Source: Candidatus Dormibacter sp. (lineage in GTDB: Bacteria; Chloroflexota; Dormibacteria; CF-121). From it: a stretch of DNA of 64,000 nucleotides. The stretch lies in the NCBI GenBank assembly GCA_039922495.1, contig JBDTEO010000011.1:76439-140438 (forward strand), written 5' to 3'. The translations under genes and the position numbers were made by a program. Shown here one piece after another: positions 47,843-60,054 of this stretch. A model generated the notes under the pieces. That model was not told the origin of the DNA and did no database searches. It saw only the letters and a list, made by a program, of their open reading frames with translations. How positions within the stretch are numbered: the first letter of the stretch is position 1; every line of letters begins with the position of its first letter.

Positions 47843-49237
47843 GTGGCAGAGGTCAAGGTCGAGACGGAAAAAAAACCCGGTTCCCAGGTCGTCCTGACGG
47901 TTGAGGTGCCCGAGGACCAGGTGAAGCAGTCGATCGACGTCGCCTATTCGCGGCTCGCGCCGCGGGTCCGGATCGCGGGCTTCCGTCCCGGCAAGGCGCC
48001 GCGCCCGATGATCGAGCGAGAGCTGGGCTGGTCCGTCCTCCGGCAGGAAGCCCTCGACATCCTCCTCCCCGTGGCCTACAACGCCGCGGTGGCGGAGGCG
48101 CATATCGATCCGATCGACAACCCGCGCGTCGACGTCCAGCAGTTCGATCGGGGACAGCCGATGCGCTTTTCCGCCACGGTCTCAGTCAAGCCGGACGTGG
48201 AGCTCAAGGATTTCACGGACATCCGCGTGCCGCGGCCGCAAACCGAGATCGGTGACACCGACATCAACGAGGCTATCGAGCGGCTCCGCGCCCGGTTCGC
48301 CGAGCTGCACGCCGTCGAGCGGCCGGTGCACGCCGGCGACTTCCTCACGGTTGATCTGCACCTGCTCAAATCGGGCGCCGTCCTGGTCGGGGAAAGCCAG
48401 ACGGATGCCCAGCTGGAGGTCGACGCTGAGCGGCTCTTGCCAGGGCTCGCCGCCGGGCTTGAAGGTCAGGCCGTCGGTGAGACCCGCGACATCGCGCTCA
48501 CGCTGCCCGCGGATTATCCCAAGAAGGATCTTGCCTCCGCCCACGTGATCTTTCGGGTGACGGTCAAGTCGATCAAGGAGCGCCTGCTCCCGCCACTCGA
48601 CGACGAGCTGGCGCGACTGGTCGGCCGGGGCGAGACGCTCGACGGGCTGCGCGAGGAACTGCGGGACGAGCTCCAGGATGCGGCCAGCCGCGCCGACGAA
48701 CAGCGCTTCGAGAATGAGGTCCTGACCGCGTTGGATGAGCGCCTCCAGGTCGAGGTGCCGGAGGCGCTGATCGACCAGGAAATCGATCGACGCCTGCGTG
48801 AGCTGGAACTCCGCCTCCAGGAGCAGGGCATCAAAGTCGACCGCTATCTCGAATACACCAAGACCACCGTGGAAGCCCTTCGGGCAGAGCAGCGCGCGCC
48901 AGCCGTCCAGAAGGTCCGCCTCGAGCTGGCGCTGGCGACGGTTGCCGAGCGGGCCGGGGTGACCGTGCCCGATTCCGAGATCGATGCCGCCCTGAGCGTC
49001 GCCCTCTCGGAGGACCAGCAGGCTGCCCGGCGCGCGCGTGACCTGCGGACCGCGGACCCGGTGCGGGCCTACTTCCGCCACCAGCTCTTGATGCGCAAGA
49101 CGATCGACTATCTCGGGAACCTTGCGGCTCCAGATTCTTCGGATACAATTGGTGCTCCCTCGGAAGCGGGAGAGCCCGAGGCTGAGCCGGCGTCGAAGGG
49201 GCAGCGGCGCCCGTCGGGAAAGAAGAAGGCCGATTAA
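47843..49237 (+). CDS. tig: Trigger factor
   Basis: GFRPGKAP signature; FKBP-like domain; upstream of clpP. Confidence 0.95.
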   Translation: MAEVKVETEKKPGSQVVLTVEVPEDQVKQSIDVAYSRLAPRVRIAGFRPGKAPRPMIERELGWSVLRQEALDILLPVAYNAAVAEAHIDPIDNPRVDVQQFDRGQPMRFSATVSVKPDVELKDFTDIRVPRPQTEIGDTDINEAIERLRARFAELHAVERPVHAGDFLTVDLHLLKSGAVLVGESQTDAQLEVDAERLLPGLAAGLEGQAVGETRDIALTLPADYPKKDLASAHVIFRVTVKSIKERLLPPLDDELARLVGRGETLDGLREELRDELQDAASRADEQRFENEVLTALDERLQVEVPEALIDQEIDRRLRELELRLQEQGIKVDRYLEYTKTTVEALRAEQRAPAVQKVRLELALATVAERAGVTVPDSEIDAALSVALSEDQQAARRARDLRTADPVRAYFRHQLLMRKTIDYLGNLAAPDSSDTIGAPSEAGEPEAEPASKGQRRPSGKKKAD

Positions 49238-49317
49238 CCGTCGTATTCAAAAGTGAGTACGCGGAAGACTGGATTGTAAGAATCGACCCCTATAATGGCG
49301 AACAGGAGAGCCAGCCC

Positions 49318-50045
49318 ATGAATTTCGAACGGCTCAGCCGTCGACCCGAAGCCCTCATCCCCATGGTGATCGAGACGACCAACCGGGGCGAGCGCGCCTT
49401 CGATATCTATTCCAGGCTGCTCAAAGACCGGATCATCTTCATCGGGACCCCGATCGATGACCAGGTCGCCAACGTCGTCATGGCGCAGCTCCTGTTCCTG
49501 GCGTCGGAGGACCCCGACAAGGACATCAACATCTATATCAACAGCCCTGGTGGCGTGGTCACCGCCGGTCTCGCGATCTACGACACGATGCGTTACGTCA
49601 GCCCGCGCGTCTCGACCGTCTGCATGGGTCTGGCCGCCAGCATGGCGACCGTCCTGCTGGCCGGTGGGACCAAGGGCATGCGCTTCGCGCTGCCCAACAC
49701 GCGGATCCTGATCCACCAGCCATCGGGTGGCTTCCAGGGTCAGGCTTCGGACATCCAGATCCACGCCCAGGAGATCCTGCGCATCCGCAAGACGCTCAAC
49801 GACATCCTCTCCAGCCATACCGGCCAGCCGATCGAGAAGATCGAGCGCGATACGGAGCGCGACTTCTTCATGAGCGCCGAGGAGGCCAAGCAGTACGGCA
49901 TCATCGACGACATCATCGTCAGCACCGGCCGCGACGCGGACGGCTCGGTGGCCAAAGACGGACGGCTCGAGCTGAGTTCGGCCGGTGTCGGGATGCGCCC
50001 CGAGCCGAAGATGGGACCCGAGCGGGAAGGCCCCAAGACCTCTCG

Positions 50046-50049
<4 letters not shown>
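49318..50049 (+). CDS. clpP: Clp protease proteolytic subunit
   Basis: [29 protein letters not shown]. Confidence 0.97.
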
Positions 50050-51317
<1,268 letters not shown>

Positions 51318-51339
51318 CCCCCGCGCGGAACCGGTCGAC

Positions 51340-53757
51340 GTGCCCGTGACCGACCGGCCGGCCACCCTGCAGCTTCCGCTCCTTCCGCTCAAGAACGTCG
51401 TCCTCTTCCCGCACATGATCGTGCCGCTCTATGTCGGCCGGGAGCGCTCGATTGACGCGCTCGAGGAGGCCATGGGGCAGGGCAAGCAGATTTTCGTCTG
51501 CACACAGCGCCGCGCTGACTGTGAAGACCCGCGCGAGGAAGACATCTTTCGTGTGGGTGTGCTCGGTGAGGTCGTGCAGATGCTCAAGCTTCCCGACAAC
51601 ACGATCAAGGTGCTGATCGAAGGCACCTCGCGCGCGGTGATCGAGCGGTTCGTGCAGACCGAGCCCCATCTTCGCGTTGACGTCGCGCGGCTCGATGAGG
51701 ACTTCCAGCCGTCGCCGGAGCTCGGGGCGCTGATGCGGGGCATTGTCGACCTCTTCGATCGCTATGTGGAGCTCGACAAGAAGGTTCCACCAGAGGTCAA
51801 CCTGACGGTTCGAGGCGTCGACGACGCTGGCCGGCTGGCCGACATTGTCACGGCCAACCTCAACATCGGCGTGACTGACAAGCAGGATGTGCTCGAGACC
51901 TTCCAGATGAATGCCCGGCTGGAGAAGCTTGGCAGCGTGCTGCACCGGGAGATCGAGATCCTCGATATGGACCGCAGCATCCGGTCGCGGGTCCGCCAGC
52001 AGATCGATCGCCGGCAGAAAGAGTTTTACCTCAAGGAACAGATGCGCGTCATCCAGGAAGAGCTGGGCGGCGAGGATTCCCAGCTCGATGAGCTGGACGA
52101 ATTACGCGAGAAGGTCCGGGCCCTCGAGCTGTCCGAGGCGGTGCAGGAGCGCCTCCTCAAGGATGTGGATCGCCTTGACCGCATGCCCCCCGGCTCGCCC
52201 GAGATCTCCGTCCTTCACAACTACCTGGACCTGGTGGTCTCCCTCCCCTGGCACGAGTTCAGTGAGGACGTGACCGATCTGCGGGCCGCCGAGCGCGTGC
52301 TGGATGAAGATCACCACGGCTTGCAGAAGATCAAGGAGCGCGTCCTCGAGTTTCTGGCCGTCCGCCAGCTGACCAAGTCCCCCAAGGGCCCCATCCTGTG
52401 CTTCATCGGTCCGCCGGGGGTGGGCAAGACTAGCCTGGGCAAGTCGATCGCGAGGGCGCTCGGCCGCAAATTCGTCCGAGTCTCCCTGGGCGGCGTGTCC
52501 GACGAGGCGGAGATCCGTGGCCATCGCCGGACCTACGTCGGATCGATGCCCGGGCGGATCATCAAGGGGCTTCGTGAAGCCGGGACCCACAACCCGGTCT
52601 TCCTGCTGGACGAGATCGACAAGATGTCGTCCGACTTCCGCGGCGATCCGTCGTCGGCCATGCTCGAGGTTCTGGACCCGGAACAGAACAGCCATTTCTC
52701 CGACCACTACCTGGAGATCCCATTCGATCTCTCTGATGTCCTGTTCATCACGACGGCGAACCTTTTCTACGCCATCCCTCGGCCACTGCTCGACCGCATG
52801 GAGGTCATCAACCTCTCGGGCTACACCGCGGAGGAGAAGCTGGTGATCGCGCGAGAGTTTCTTATCCCTCGCCAACTCGCCGACCACGGCCTCAGCGACA
52901 AGCACATCGAGTTCACGCGTGGGGCGATTGTGCGGGTCATCAGCCGCTACACGAGCGAGGCGGGGGTTCGCAACCTCGATCGATCGATTGCGACCATCTG
53001 TCGCAAGGTCGCGCGCGAGGTGGTCCGGGGCAAGACCCGGCGGATGACCGTCGGTCCCAACCGGCTGGACGACCTGCTGGGGCCACCCCGCTACAAGCCC
53101 GACGAGGGCCACAAGGAGCACCTGGTCGGCGTGGCCAATGGGCTGGCCTGGACCGAGGTCGGTGGCGTCCTCCTCACGATCGAGGTGATCACCATGCCCG
53201 GCAAGGGCAACCTGAACCTCACCGGCCAGATGGGCGACGTCATGCAGGAGTCGGCGCGCGCCGCGCTCTCCTATGCCCGCTCCAACGCGGAGGCCCTCGG
53301 CATCGCGCCCGATTTCCGCGAGAAGCTTGACCTGCACATCCACATTCCCAAGGGGGCAATTCCCAAGGACGGTCCATCGGCTGGGATTTCGATGGCACTC
53401 GCCATCATCTCGGCGCTCTGCCAGCGGCCGATCCGGTCGGACGTCGCGCTGACGGGGGAGATCACCTTACGGGGCCGCGTGCTGCCGATCGGTGGCCTCA
53501 AGGAGAAGGTGCTCGCCGCGCACCGCCTCGGAATCAAAACGGTGCTGCTGCCGGAGGACAACCGGCCGGACATCGTGGATATCCCGGCCGAGGTGCGAAA
53601 GCGGCTGATCTTCAAGTTCGTCAAGAGCATGGACGAGGTGATCGCCGAGGCTCTCCTGCCCCGCTCCTCGGCCGAGACGCCGTCGGTAGTCAACGAGCCG
53701 GTCGGCCTGGAAGAGGCCGCGGCCGCCAACGCCGATACGCCGGGCCGTTCAGCCTAG
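51340..53757 (+). CDS. lon: Lon protease
   Basis: GPPGVGKTS, RRTYVG, PKDGPSAG, IGGLKEK. Confidence 0.97.
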   Translation: MPVTDRPATLQLPLLPLKNVVLFPHMIVPLYVGRERSIDALEEAMGQGKQIFVCTQRRADCEDPREEDIFRVGVLGEVVQMLKLPDNTIKVLIEGTSRAVIERFVQTEPHLRVDVARLDEDFQPSPELGALMRGIVDLFDRYVELDKKVPPEVNLTVRGVDDAGRLADIVTANLNIGVTDKQDVLETFQMNARLEKLGSVLHREIEILDMDRSIRSRVRQQIDRRQKEFYLKEQMRVIQEELGGEDSQLDELDELREKVRALELSEAVQERLLKDVDRLDRMPPGSPEISVLHNYLDLVVSLPWHEFSEDVTDLRAAERVLDEDHHGLQKIKERVLEFLAVRQLTKSPKGPILCFIGPPGVGKTSLGKSIARALGRKFVRVSLGGVSDEAEIRGHRRTYVGSMPGRIIKGLREAGTHNPVFLLDEIDKMSSDFRGDPSSAMLEVLDPEQNSHFSDHYLEIPFDLSDVLFITTANLFYAIPRPLLDRMEVINLSGYTAEEKLVIAREFLIPRQLADHGLSDKHIEFTRGAIVRVISRYTSEAGVRNLDRSIATICRKVAREVVRGKTRRMTVGPNRLDDLLGPPRYKPDEGHKEHLVGVANGLAWTEVGGVLLTIEVITMPGKGNLNLTGQMGDVMQESARAALSYARSNAEALGIAPDFREKLDLHIHIPKGAIPKDGPSAGISMALAIISALCQRPIRSDVALTGEITLRGRVLPIGGLKEKVLAAHRLGIKTVLLPEDNRPDIVDIPAEVRKRLIFKFVKSMDEVIAEALLPRSSAETPSVVNEPVGLEEAAAANADTPGRSA

Positions 53758-53776
53758 GGTCTTTAAACTGGTGTCC

Positions 53777-56377
53777 TTGATGGACACCCGATACGATCCG
53801 AAGGCGGTCGAGCAGCGCTGGTACGAGGTCTGGGAGCGCGCCGGCTATTTCAAGCCGCGCGAAAGCCGGACTGGCAACACCTTCACCATCTCGATGCCGC
53901 CGCCGAACATCACCGGGGACCTGCACATGGGCCACGCGATGTACGCGCTGCAGGACGTCCTGGTCCGCTGGCACCGGATGCTCGGCGACGCGGTGCTCTG
54001 GGTCCCGGGGACCGATCACGCCGCCATCGCAACCCAGAACGTGCTGGAAAAGCAGCTCGCCAAAAAGCACAGCTCGAAAGAGGCGATCGGCCGCGAGGCC
54101 TGGGATCAGATGGTCCAGCGGTGGTACGAGACGACCGGCCACACGATCCTCAAGCAGATGCGCCGACTCGGCTTCAGCGCCGACTGGTCGCGCAACCGCT
54201 TTACGATGGACCGCGACTACGTGGCGTCCGTCAACGCCGCCTTCGTCGGGTTCTGGAAAGCGGGCCTGATCTACCGCGGGCCGCGGATCGTGAACTGGTG
54301 CCCCCGGGACCAGAGCGCGATCTCGGATCTCGAGGTGGTCTTTGTCGAAACCGACGACCATCTCTATTACCTCGATTACCCGGTCGACGGCGGCGGCACG
54401 ATCTCGGTGGCCACGTCCCGCCCAGAGACGATGGTGGGCGACACCGGCGTCGCGGTGAACCCGAAGGATGACCGATATCGCGACCTCGTCGGCAAGACCG
54501 TGACCTTGCCCATCGTCCACCGGCGCGTACCGATCGTGGCCGACGACGCGGTCGACCTCGTGTTCGGCACCGGCGCCGTCAAGGTGACGCCCGGCCACGA
54601 CCTGACCGACTACGAGATCGGCGAGCGCCAGAAGCTCGAGGTGCGCAACATCCTGCACCTGGATGGGCGCATGGACATCCCGGACGTGCCCGAGCTCGAC
54701 GGCCTGAAGGTTCCGCAGGCCCGCGAGCGGATCATCGAGATGCTCAGGGCGGGGGGCGCCTTGCAGAAGGTCGAACCCTACCGTCACTCGGTTGGCCACT
54801 GCGACCGCTGCAACGCCGTCATCGAGCCGCTCGTTTCCTCGCAGTGGTGGGTCAAGATGAAGCCGCTTGCGCTGCCGGCGATCGCGGTGGCCGAGCAGGA
54901 CGAGCTGCGCTTTCACCCGACGCGCTGGAAGGAGCAGTACCTCCGCTGGATGCGCAACATCCGCGACTGGTGCATCTCGCGCCAACTCTGGCTGGGCCAC
55001 CGCATCCCGGTGTGGACCTGCGGCAACGGCCACGCGGTCGCGTACGAGACGGAGCCGTCGGCCTGCGAGCAATGCGGCGACCGAACCCTGACCCGGGATC
55101 CCGACGTGCTCGACACCTGGTTTTCTTCCTCGCTCTGGCCCTTTGCCACGCTGGGCTGGCCGAAAAAGACAGAGGACCTCGACCGCTTCTATCCGACCCA
55201 GGTGCTCGACACGGCGCGGGACATTCTCTATCTCTGGGTGGCGCGGATGGTCTTCACCAGCCGCTATTTCCTCGATGTGCTGCCCTTTCAGGACGTGATC
55301 ATCCACGGCACGGTGCTGGCCCCGGATGGGCGCCGGATGAGCAAATCGCTCGGCACTGGAGTGGACCCCCTGGAGGTGATCGATCGATACGGCGCGGACG
55401 CGACCCGCGCATGGTGCGCTTACTTTGGGACGAGCGGCCAGGACATCCGGTTCTCCGAGGAAAAGATCAAGTCCTACCAGCTGTTCGCCAACAAGCTCTG
55501 GAATGCGACGCGGTTACTGCTCGCCGGGGTCCCCGAGGGCGCGCGGCCGATGCCGATCGTGACGGCCACCCTCGAGCCGGCCGACCGCTGGATCCTGGGA
55601 AGGCTGAGCGCCGTGACCCGGCTCGTGACCGCGTCGTTTTCACGCTTCGAGTTCGGCCCCGCCATCGACGGCCTGTACGAGTTCTCCTGGCACGAGTTCG
55701 CCGACGACTACCTGGAAGTGATCAAGCCGCGACTGCAGGCGGGCTCGGCCTCGGCGACGACGGCGCGGGCGGTTGCCATCAAGGTCCTGGAGACGACGCT
55801 CAAGCTCCTGCATCCGATCATGCCGTTCATCACCGAAGAGCTCTGGCAGCGGATCCCGCACGAGGGCGAGACCATCATGCTGGCGCCCTGGCCGACCCCG
55901 GACGCGAGGCTGGAGGATCCCAAGCTGCTGGAGGAGATGTCGCACCTCCTCGAGGTGGTGCGGGCGGTCCGCAATCTGCGCCACGCCAGCGATCCGAGGG
56001 CGCGCCGCCAGCCGGCGGAGATCCAGTCGCCGCGGCCACTCCTTAGGGATGCCGTGGGCCGGCAGTACCTGGCCACGCTGGCCCAACTGGATCTGAATGG
56101 GGCGCTGGCCGCCGACGCCCCCCGGCGAACCGTTGTCGTGGGGGAGACGACGGTGACGCTCGGGCTGCCGAAAGACGATGGCGCCGAGACGCACCGGCTC
56201 CGTGCCGAGTTGGAAAAGAAACGGGCCGAGATCGCGTTGATCGAGGGAAAGCTGCGAAATGCCGACTTTACCGGCAAGGCGCCGGAGGCTGTCGTGCAGC
56301 GCGAACGGGCCCGGCTGGCGGAGGCGCAGGAAGCGGTCGATCGGCTTCAGCGGCTGCTGGGCCCAGCGGCTGGATAG
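53777..56377 (+). CDS. valS: Valine-tRNA ligase
   Basis: PPPNITGDLHMGH, DWCISRQ, DTWFSS, RMSKS, C-terminal coiled coil; start between 53771 and 53780. Confidence 0.97.
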   Translation: MMDTRYDPKAVEQRWYEVWERAGYFKPRESRTGNTFTISMPPPNITGDLHMGHAMYALQDVLVRWHRMLGDAVLWVPGTDHAAIATQNVLEKQLAKKHSSKEAIGREAWDQMVQRWYETTGHTILKQMRRLGFSADWSRNRFTMDRDYVASVNAAFVGFWKAGLIYRGPRIVNWCPRDQSAISDLEVVFVETDDHLYYLDYPVDGGGTISVATSRPETMVGDTGVAVNPKDDRYRDLVGKTVTLPIVHRRVPIVADDAVDLVFGTGAVKVTPGHDLTDYEIGERQKLEVRNILHLDGRMDIPDVPELDGLKVPQARERIIEMLRAGGALQKVEPYRHSVGHCDRCNAVIEPLVSSQWWVKMKPLALPAIAVAEQDELRFHPTRWKEQYLRWMRNIRDWCISRQLWLGHRIPVWTCGNGHAVAYETEPSACEQCGDRTLTRDPDVLDTWFSSSLWPFATLGWPKKTEDLDRFYPTQVLDTARDILYLWVARMVFTSRYFLDVLPFQDVIIHGTVLAPDGRRMSKSLGTGVDPLEVIDRYGADATRAWCAYFGTSGQDIRFSEEKIKSYQLFANKLWNATRLLLAGVPEGARPMPIVTATLEPADRWILGRLSAVTRLVTASFSRFEFGPAIDGLYEFSWHEFADDYLEVIKPRLQAGSASATTARAVAIKVLETTLKLLHPIMPFITEELWQRIPHEGETIMLAPWPTPDARLEDPKLLEEMSHLLEVVRAVRNLRHASDPRARRQPAEIQSPRPLLRDAVGRQYLATLAQLDLNGALAADAPRRTVVVGETTVTLGLPKDDGAETHRLRAELEKKRAEIALIEGKLRNADFTGKAPEAVVQRERARLAEAQEAVDRLQRLLGPAAG

Positions 56378-56420
56378 GGTAAGGTATCGGCAGTCAATTC
56401 TGGAAATCCGAGGAGGCCCT

Positions 56421-56888
56421 TTGCCTGACCTGAAGCCGCTGCGACCACTCCTCTACATCGTCATCTTCTACCTGCTGGCTTTCTGGCTGAGCCTCTCCTA
56501 CTGGGCCTTCCGCGACGCCCGGGAGCGCTCCAACAGCGTCGCCTTTCACGTGTTCGCCACCGGCCTGTCCCTGCTCCTGCCGATTTTTGGCCTCTTCATT
56601 TACATGATCATCCGGCCGCCATTGACGATGGCGGAGCGGCGCGCGCTCGAGCTGGAGACCCAGGCGCTCTCCGAGCCAGGCGGCCCCGTTCGCGAGCTGC
56701 GGCCCTGCCCGAGTTGCGGCGAACCGATCGACTCCCAGTACGTGCTCTGCCCGCATTGCAAAACGCAGTTCAGTAAACTCTGCCCACGGTGCAACAAGCA
56801 GCTGAAGCTGGGCTGGAGCGTCTGTCCGTACTGCGCCGAAGAAGTCCCGTTGCAGGGTTCCGTCCCAACCCCTCGCATCGCGCGCTAG
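56421..56888 (+). CDS. Membrane-anchored double zinc-ribbon protein
   Basis: GAGGAGG RBS then TTG; two TMs; CPSC, CPHC, CPRC, CPYC. Confidence 0.85.
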   Translation: MPDLKPLRPLLYIVIFYLLAFWLSLSYWAFRDARERSNSVAFHVFATGLSLLLPIFGLFIYMIIRPPLTMAERRALELETQALSEPGGPVRELRPCPSCGEPIDSQYVLCPHCKTQFSKLCPRCNKQLKLGWSVCPYCAEEVPLQGSVPTPRIAR

Positions 56889-56923
56889 CGCGCCCTTCGT
56901 CCACGCCTGTAAAGAGCTAGCCG

Positions 56924-58474
56924 ATGCCGCTTGCCGTGCAGGCGCTCTTGCCCTTCATGGCGCTGCTGATCGCCGCGGCCGTCGTCTGGCGTCGACCGCG
57001 CCACCCGGAAAATGGTTGGATCGCGGTCGGTGCCACGGGGCTGGCCGCGCTGGTGTCGGTGATCGAACTGTTGCGGCTGGCTCCCGGCGAGCGCGTCGAC
57101 GTCCCCTACCTGACGACCTTCCCCTACGCCGACCTCGCGATTCGCCTCGATGCCCTCTCACTCGCGTTCAGCGCGGTCATGCTGACCACCGCGGCCCTCT
57201 TGATGCTGGTCCGCCTCCGAATGCCTGGGGATCGCCGCGATCCCTGGCCCTCGTGGCTGCTCACCAGCGCAGCCGCGTTGGCGGTGTTGCTGGCACCCAG
57301 CCTCCTGCTCGATTACATCGCCTTACAGGTTCTGACGCTCGCCTGGAGCGGCACGCTTGATGAAGCGGCCCCGCGGCAGCGGCCGCTGCGGCTGGCCATC
57401 GGGGTCGCGGACGTGGGGCTTCTGCTGGCGGCCGCCAGCGCGATCGAATCGGTCGGGACGAGTGCCTTCTCCGGGGTGCCCTCGGACACCTTGGGGCCCG
57501 CCGCGTTTCTCTTCGCCCTTCTGCCCGTCCTGACGCGGGTGGCCGCGCTGGCCTTGCCGAGCAGCGGACCGGCGGCGCCGGTGGCCTTCGAACCGGCGGT
57601 GGTGTTTGCGGCGCCGGCCGGCTATCTGCTGCTCCGATTGGTCGCCCTGATGGGCGGCCATCTGCCGGGGCGGCCGCTGGAGATCGCGGTCTTTTCGGCG
57701 AGCCTGCTGCTGGCGGCCACCAGCGCGCTGCTGCTCTTCTTCGGGCGTCGCGAGCGGCCACCCGCCTTGCTGCTGATCACCCAGGCAGCCATCGCGCTCG
57801 CGCTGCTGGCGAGCAGCGCGCCCGTGCTCGGGGTCGCGAGCATCTGGATCTGGCTGCAACTGATCCTGCTCACGGGACTCTGTTCGGTTCACCTGCCGCT
57901 CAAGCGACCGGCCGGCGCGCTGGCGCTGATCGCCCTGGCCATGCTGCCCGGCAGCGCCGCCTTCATCGGCCTGTGGATCGCGGCCGTGGGATTGCGCGCC
58001 AGCGGGCAGCTGGCGGCGCTGCTCGCCGCCACCGCGGTCGTGATCGTGGCGGCGATCGCCGCGCTGTCCCGGCTCCGCCCGGTGGAGCGATGGACGATCG
58101 ACGTCGCGGCGGTGTGGGGGGCCGGATTGCTGGTCGCGGCGGCATTTCCGGCCCTGCTGCTCAGCTCGCTGGTGCTCCCGGCCGGCCAGGCAGTCCGGCC
58201 AGTGGCGCCGGGCAGTTTCACGCTGAGCCTGTTTGGATTCAGCCTGGCGCGAACACCCTGGCCGGCACCGCTCGCCACGCTGGTGCTCGTCGTCGCCAGC
58301 GTCGCCTTGCTGCGGACGGACCGGCTCGGCGTCGATCGGTCCCTGACCCTCCGCCTGCCGAGCCTGCCTCGCCCTTCCAGGCGCGTCTCCCTCCGAGTGT
58401 CGCGTCGCTGGCTCGGCCGTGGGCTGTGGACCGCGTTTTTCGCCGTGATTGCCCTCGCGGTCCTGCGCCCGTGA
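56924..58474 (+). CDS. Polytopic membrane protein, degenerate Mrp/Nuo antiporter-like
   Basis: IRLDALSLAF and MLPGSAAFIG echo proton-conducting subunit motifs; about 14 TMs. Confidence 0.6.
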   Translation: MPLAVQALLPFMALLIAAAVVWRRPRHPENGWIAVGATGLAALVSVIELLRLAPGERVDVPYLTTFPYADLAIRLDALSLAFSAVMLTTAALLMLVRLRMPGDRRDPWPSWLLTSAAALAVLLAPSLLLDYIALQVLTLAWSGTLDEAAPRQRPLRLAIGVADVGLLLAAASAIESVGTSAFSGVPSDTLGPAAFLFALLPVLTRVAALALPSSGPAAPVAFEPAVVFAAPAGYLLLRLVALMGGHLPGRPLEIAVFSASLLLAATSALLLFFGRRERPPALLLITQAAIALALLASSAPVLGVASIWIWLQLILLTGLCSVHLPLKRPAGALALIALAMLPGSAAFIGLWIAAVGLRASGQLAALLAATAVVIVAAIAALSRLRPVERWTIDVAAVWGAGLLVAAAFPALLLSSLVLPAGQAVRPVAPGSFTLSLFGFSLARTPWPAPLATLVLVVASVALLRTDRLGVDRSLTLRLPSLPRPSRRVSLRVSRRWLGRGLWTAFFAVIALAVLRP

Positions 58475-60054
58475 TCGTCTGGCTGCCGCTGGCCGGGTTC
58501 GTGCTGGGGTTACTGGGCGCCTACCTGCGGGGCGGTTGGTTGCGTCGCATCGCGACCGTCCTGATGCTGCTGGGGACGGCCTGGTCGATCGTCTTCGTCA
58601 CCGACTGGCGGTTGGGGCCGGCCTGGCTGATTGGCCCCTTGCTCGGAACGCTCCTGATCCGCCGCCCCAAAGCCACCAGTCGCCTCAGTTTCGAGGCGCT
58701 GACCAGTCGAGCCATGACCCTGGCGGCAACCGTGCTGGTCGCGCTCTTCGCCGCCAGCAAATTCCCCGTCGGGGAAAACCCGGCACTGCTGACCGCCGTA
58801 CCGTGGTTGCTCGCGGCGGTTGGCACGGCCTGGTTGATCAGCCCCCTGGATGCCGCCGAGCGGGCCCAGGCCCTCACCCTGCTGACTGGCGCTGGAGCCG
58901 CCATCCTGACCGCGGCGGCCCCGGTCGGCGTGTTCACGGCGGCCGCCGCGGGCGCCCTCGCGCTCATCCCCGCGATCGCGTCCCGCTGGACACTGCCCGC
59001 GCCGGCCGACCAGGCTATCAGAGTGCTCCTCCTGGTTGCCGCGGCGGCCCTGGCGGCGGTGGCATTGTTGGCCGGTCCGCTCGCGCGCCCCGCGTTGCAG
59101 GACCTGACCTTTTCTTTCGACGGCCCCGCGTTGCTCGCGGCCGCCCTGCTGTTGACAGCAGGCGCCCTGACCGCCGCGCCCGGCCGGGCCTGGATCCTGT
59201 TGCCCGGCCTGGCCACCGTGCTGGCGGTGGCCCCAGGCCTCCGTTGGGCGGCGCTGGCCGGGCTGGTCGCGACCGGCTTTGAGACCGAACCCCAAAAGGA
59301 ACGCGTTGCCTGGCTGGCGCTCCTCCTACTGGCCGCGACGACGCTGTTTGCCGCGCTGACCGGGCAACCCTGGAGCCCTCGCGCCCAGATGGTTGGCCTG
59401 GCCGGCACCCTGGTGTTGATGGCGATTGCGACGGGCGTTCGCCGGCAGCCCGCCGTGGTGCTCGCGGCCACGGCGCTGGTCATTCTGCAAAGCACCGCCG
59501 CCGCGAACGCTGGATTGATGGGGCGCTTCCAGTGGGTCGCCGCCGCGGGCGCCGCCTTGCTCGTGGCGCGCCTGCTGCTCGTGACCGATCGACTGGCTCG
59601 GGCGCGCGAACCGCTCGAAGGCCAGTTGGTGCTGGGCCTCTTGCTGCTGGCCGTGGCGGCGCACGACACGCTCGGCCTCGGCGCCCTGGCTGCCGTGCTT
59701 CTGATCGTCGATCTGATCACGGTCCCGGGCGTTCGCTCGCTCGCATCCGGTCCGTCCGGCTCGCCGAGCCGCCGCCGGCTCGCGCTCCTTTTGGCATTGG
59801 CCCGCTCCGGGTGGCCGCCAACGGCCCGGTTCGCAGGGGTCACGCTGGCCGTGATCGCCGCGCTGCAGACGTCGCTCGCCTGGGGGCTGCTCGCGGCCGC
59901 GCTGTTGGTGGCGCTTAAGGTGACCCCCCTGATCAAGACTGCCAGGGCCGGATCGCCGCCGGCCATCCGGCGTCCGCTGGCCCTGCTGGCTCCGGCGCTG
60001 TCCCTGGCGTGCGGGCTCGCGCCGGCGCTGCTGCTGCGGATGTTGCGTGTCTGA
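58471..60054 (+). CDS. Polytopic membrane protein, degenerate Mrp/Nuo antiporter-like
   Basis: GTGA overlap; GWPPTARFAG motif; C-terminal LACGLAP. Confidence 0.55.
   Translation: MIVWLPLAGFVLGLLGAYLRGGWLRRIATVLMLLGTAWSIVFVTDWRLGPAWLIGPLLGTLLIRRPKATSRLSFEALTSRAMTLAATVLVALFAASKFPVGENPALLTAVPWLLAAVGTAWLISPLDAAERAQALTLLTGAGAAILTAAAPVGVFTAAAAGALALIPAIASRWTLPAPADQAIRVLLLVAAAALAAVALLAGPLARPALQDLTFSFDGPALLAAALLLTAGALTAAPGRAWILLPGLATVLAVAPGLRWAALAGLVATGFETEPQKERVAWLALLLLAATTLFAALTGQPWSPRAQMVGLAGTLVLMAIATGVRRQPAVVLAATALVILQSTAAANAGLMGRFQWVAAAGAALLVARLLLVTDRLARAREPLEGQLVLGLLLLAVAAHDTLGLGALAAVLLIVDLITVPGVRSLASGPSGSPSRRRLALLLALARSGWPPTARFAGVTLAVIAALQTSLAWGLLAAALLVALKVTPLIKTARAGSPPAIRRPLALLAPALSLACGLAPALLLRMLRV

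Noticed and set aside
49238-49317. CIRCE, CtsR or HAIR operator before clpP
   Set aside because: Only TATAAT and an RBS are evident; no matching repeat.
53757-53780. T-box leader before valS
   Set aside because: Only about 20 bp after lon; no room and no T-box motif.
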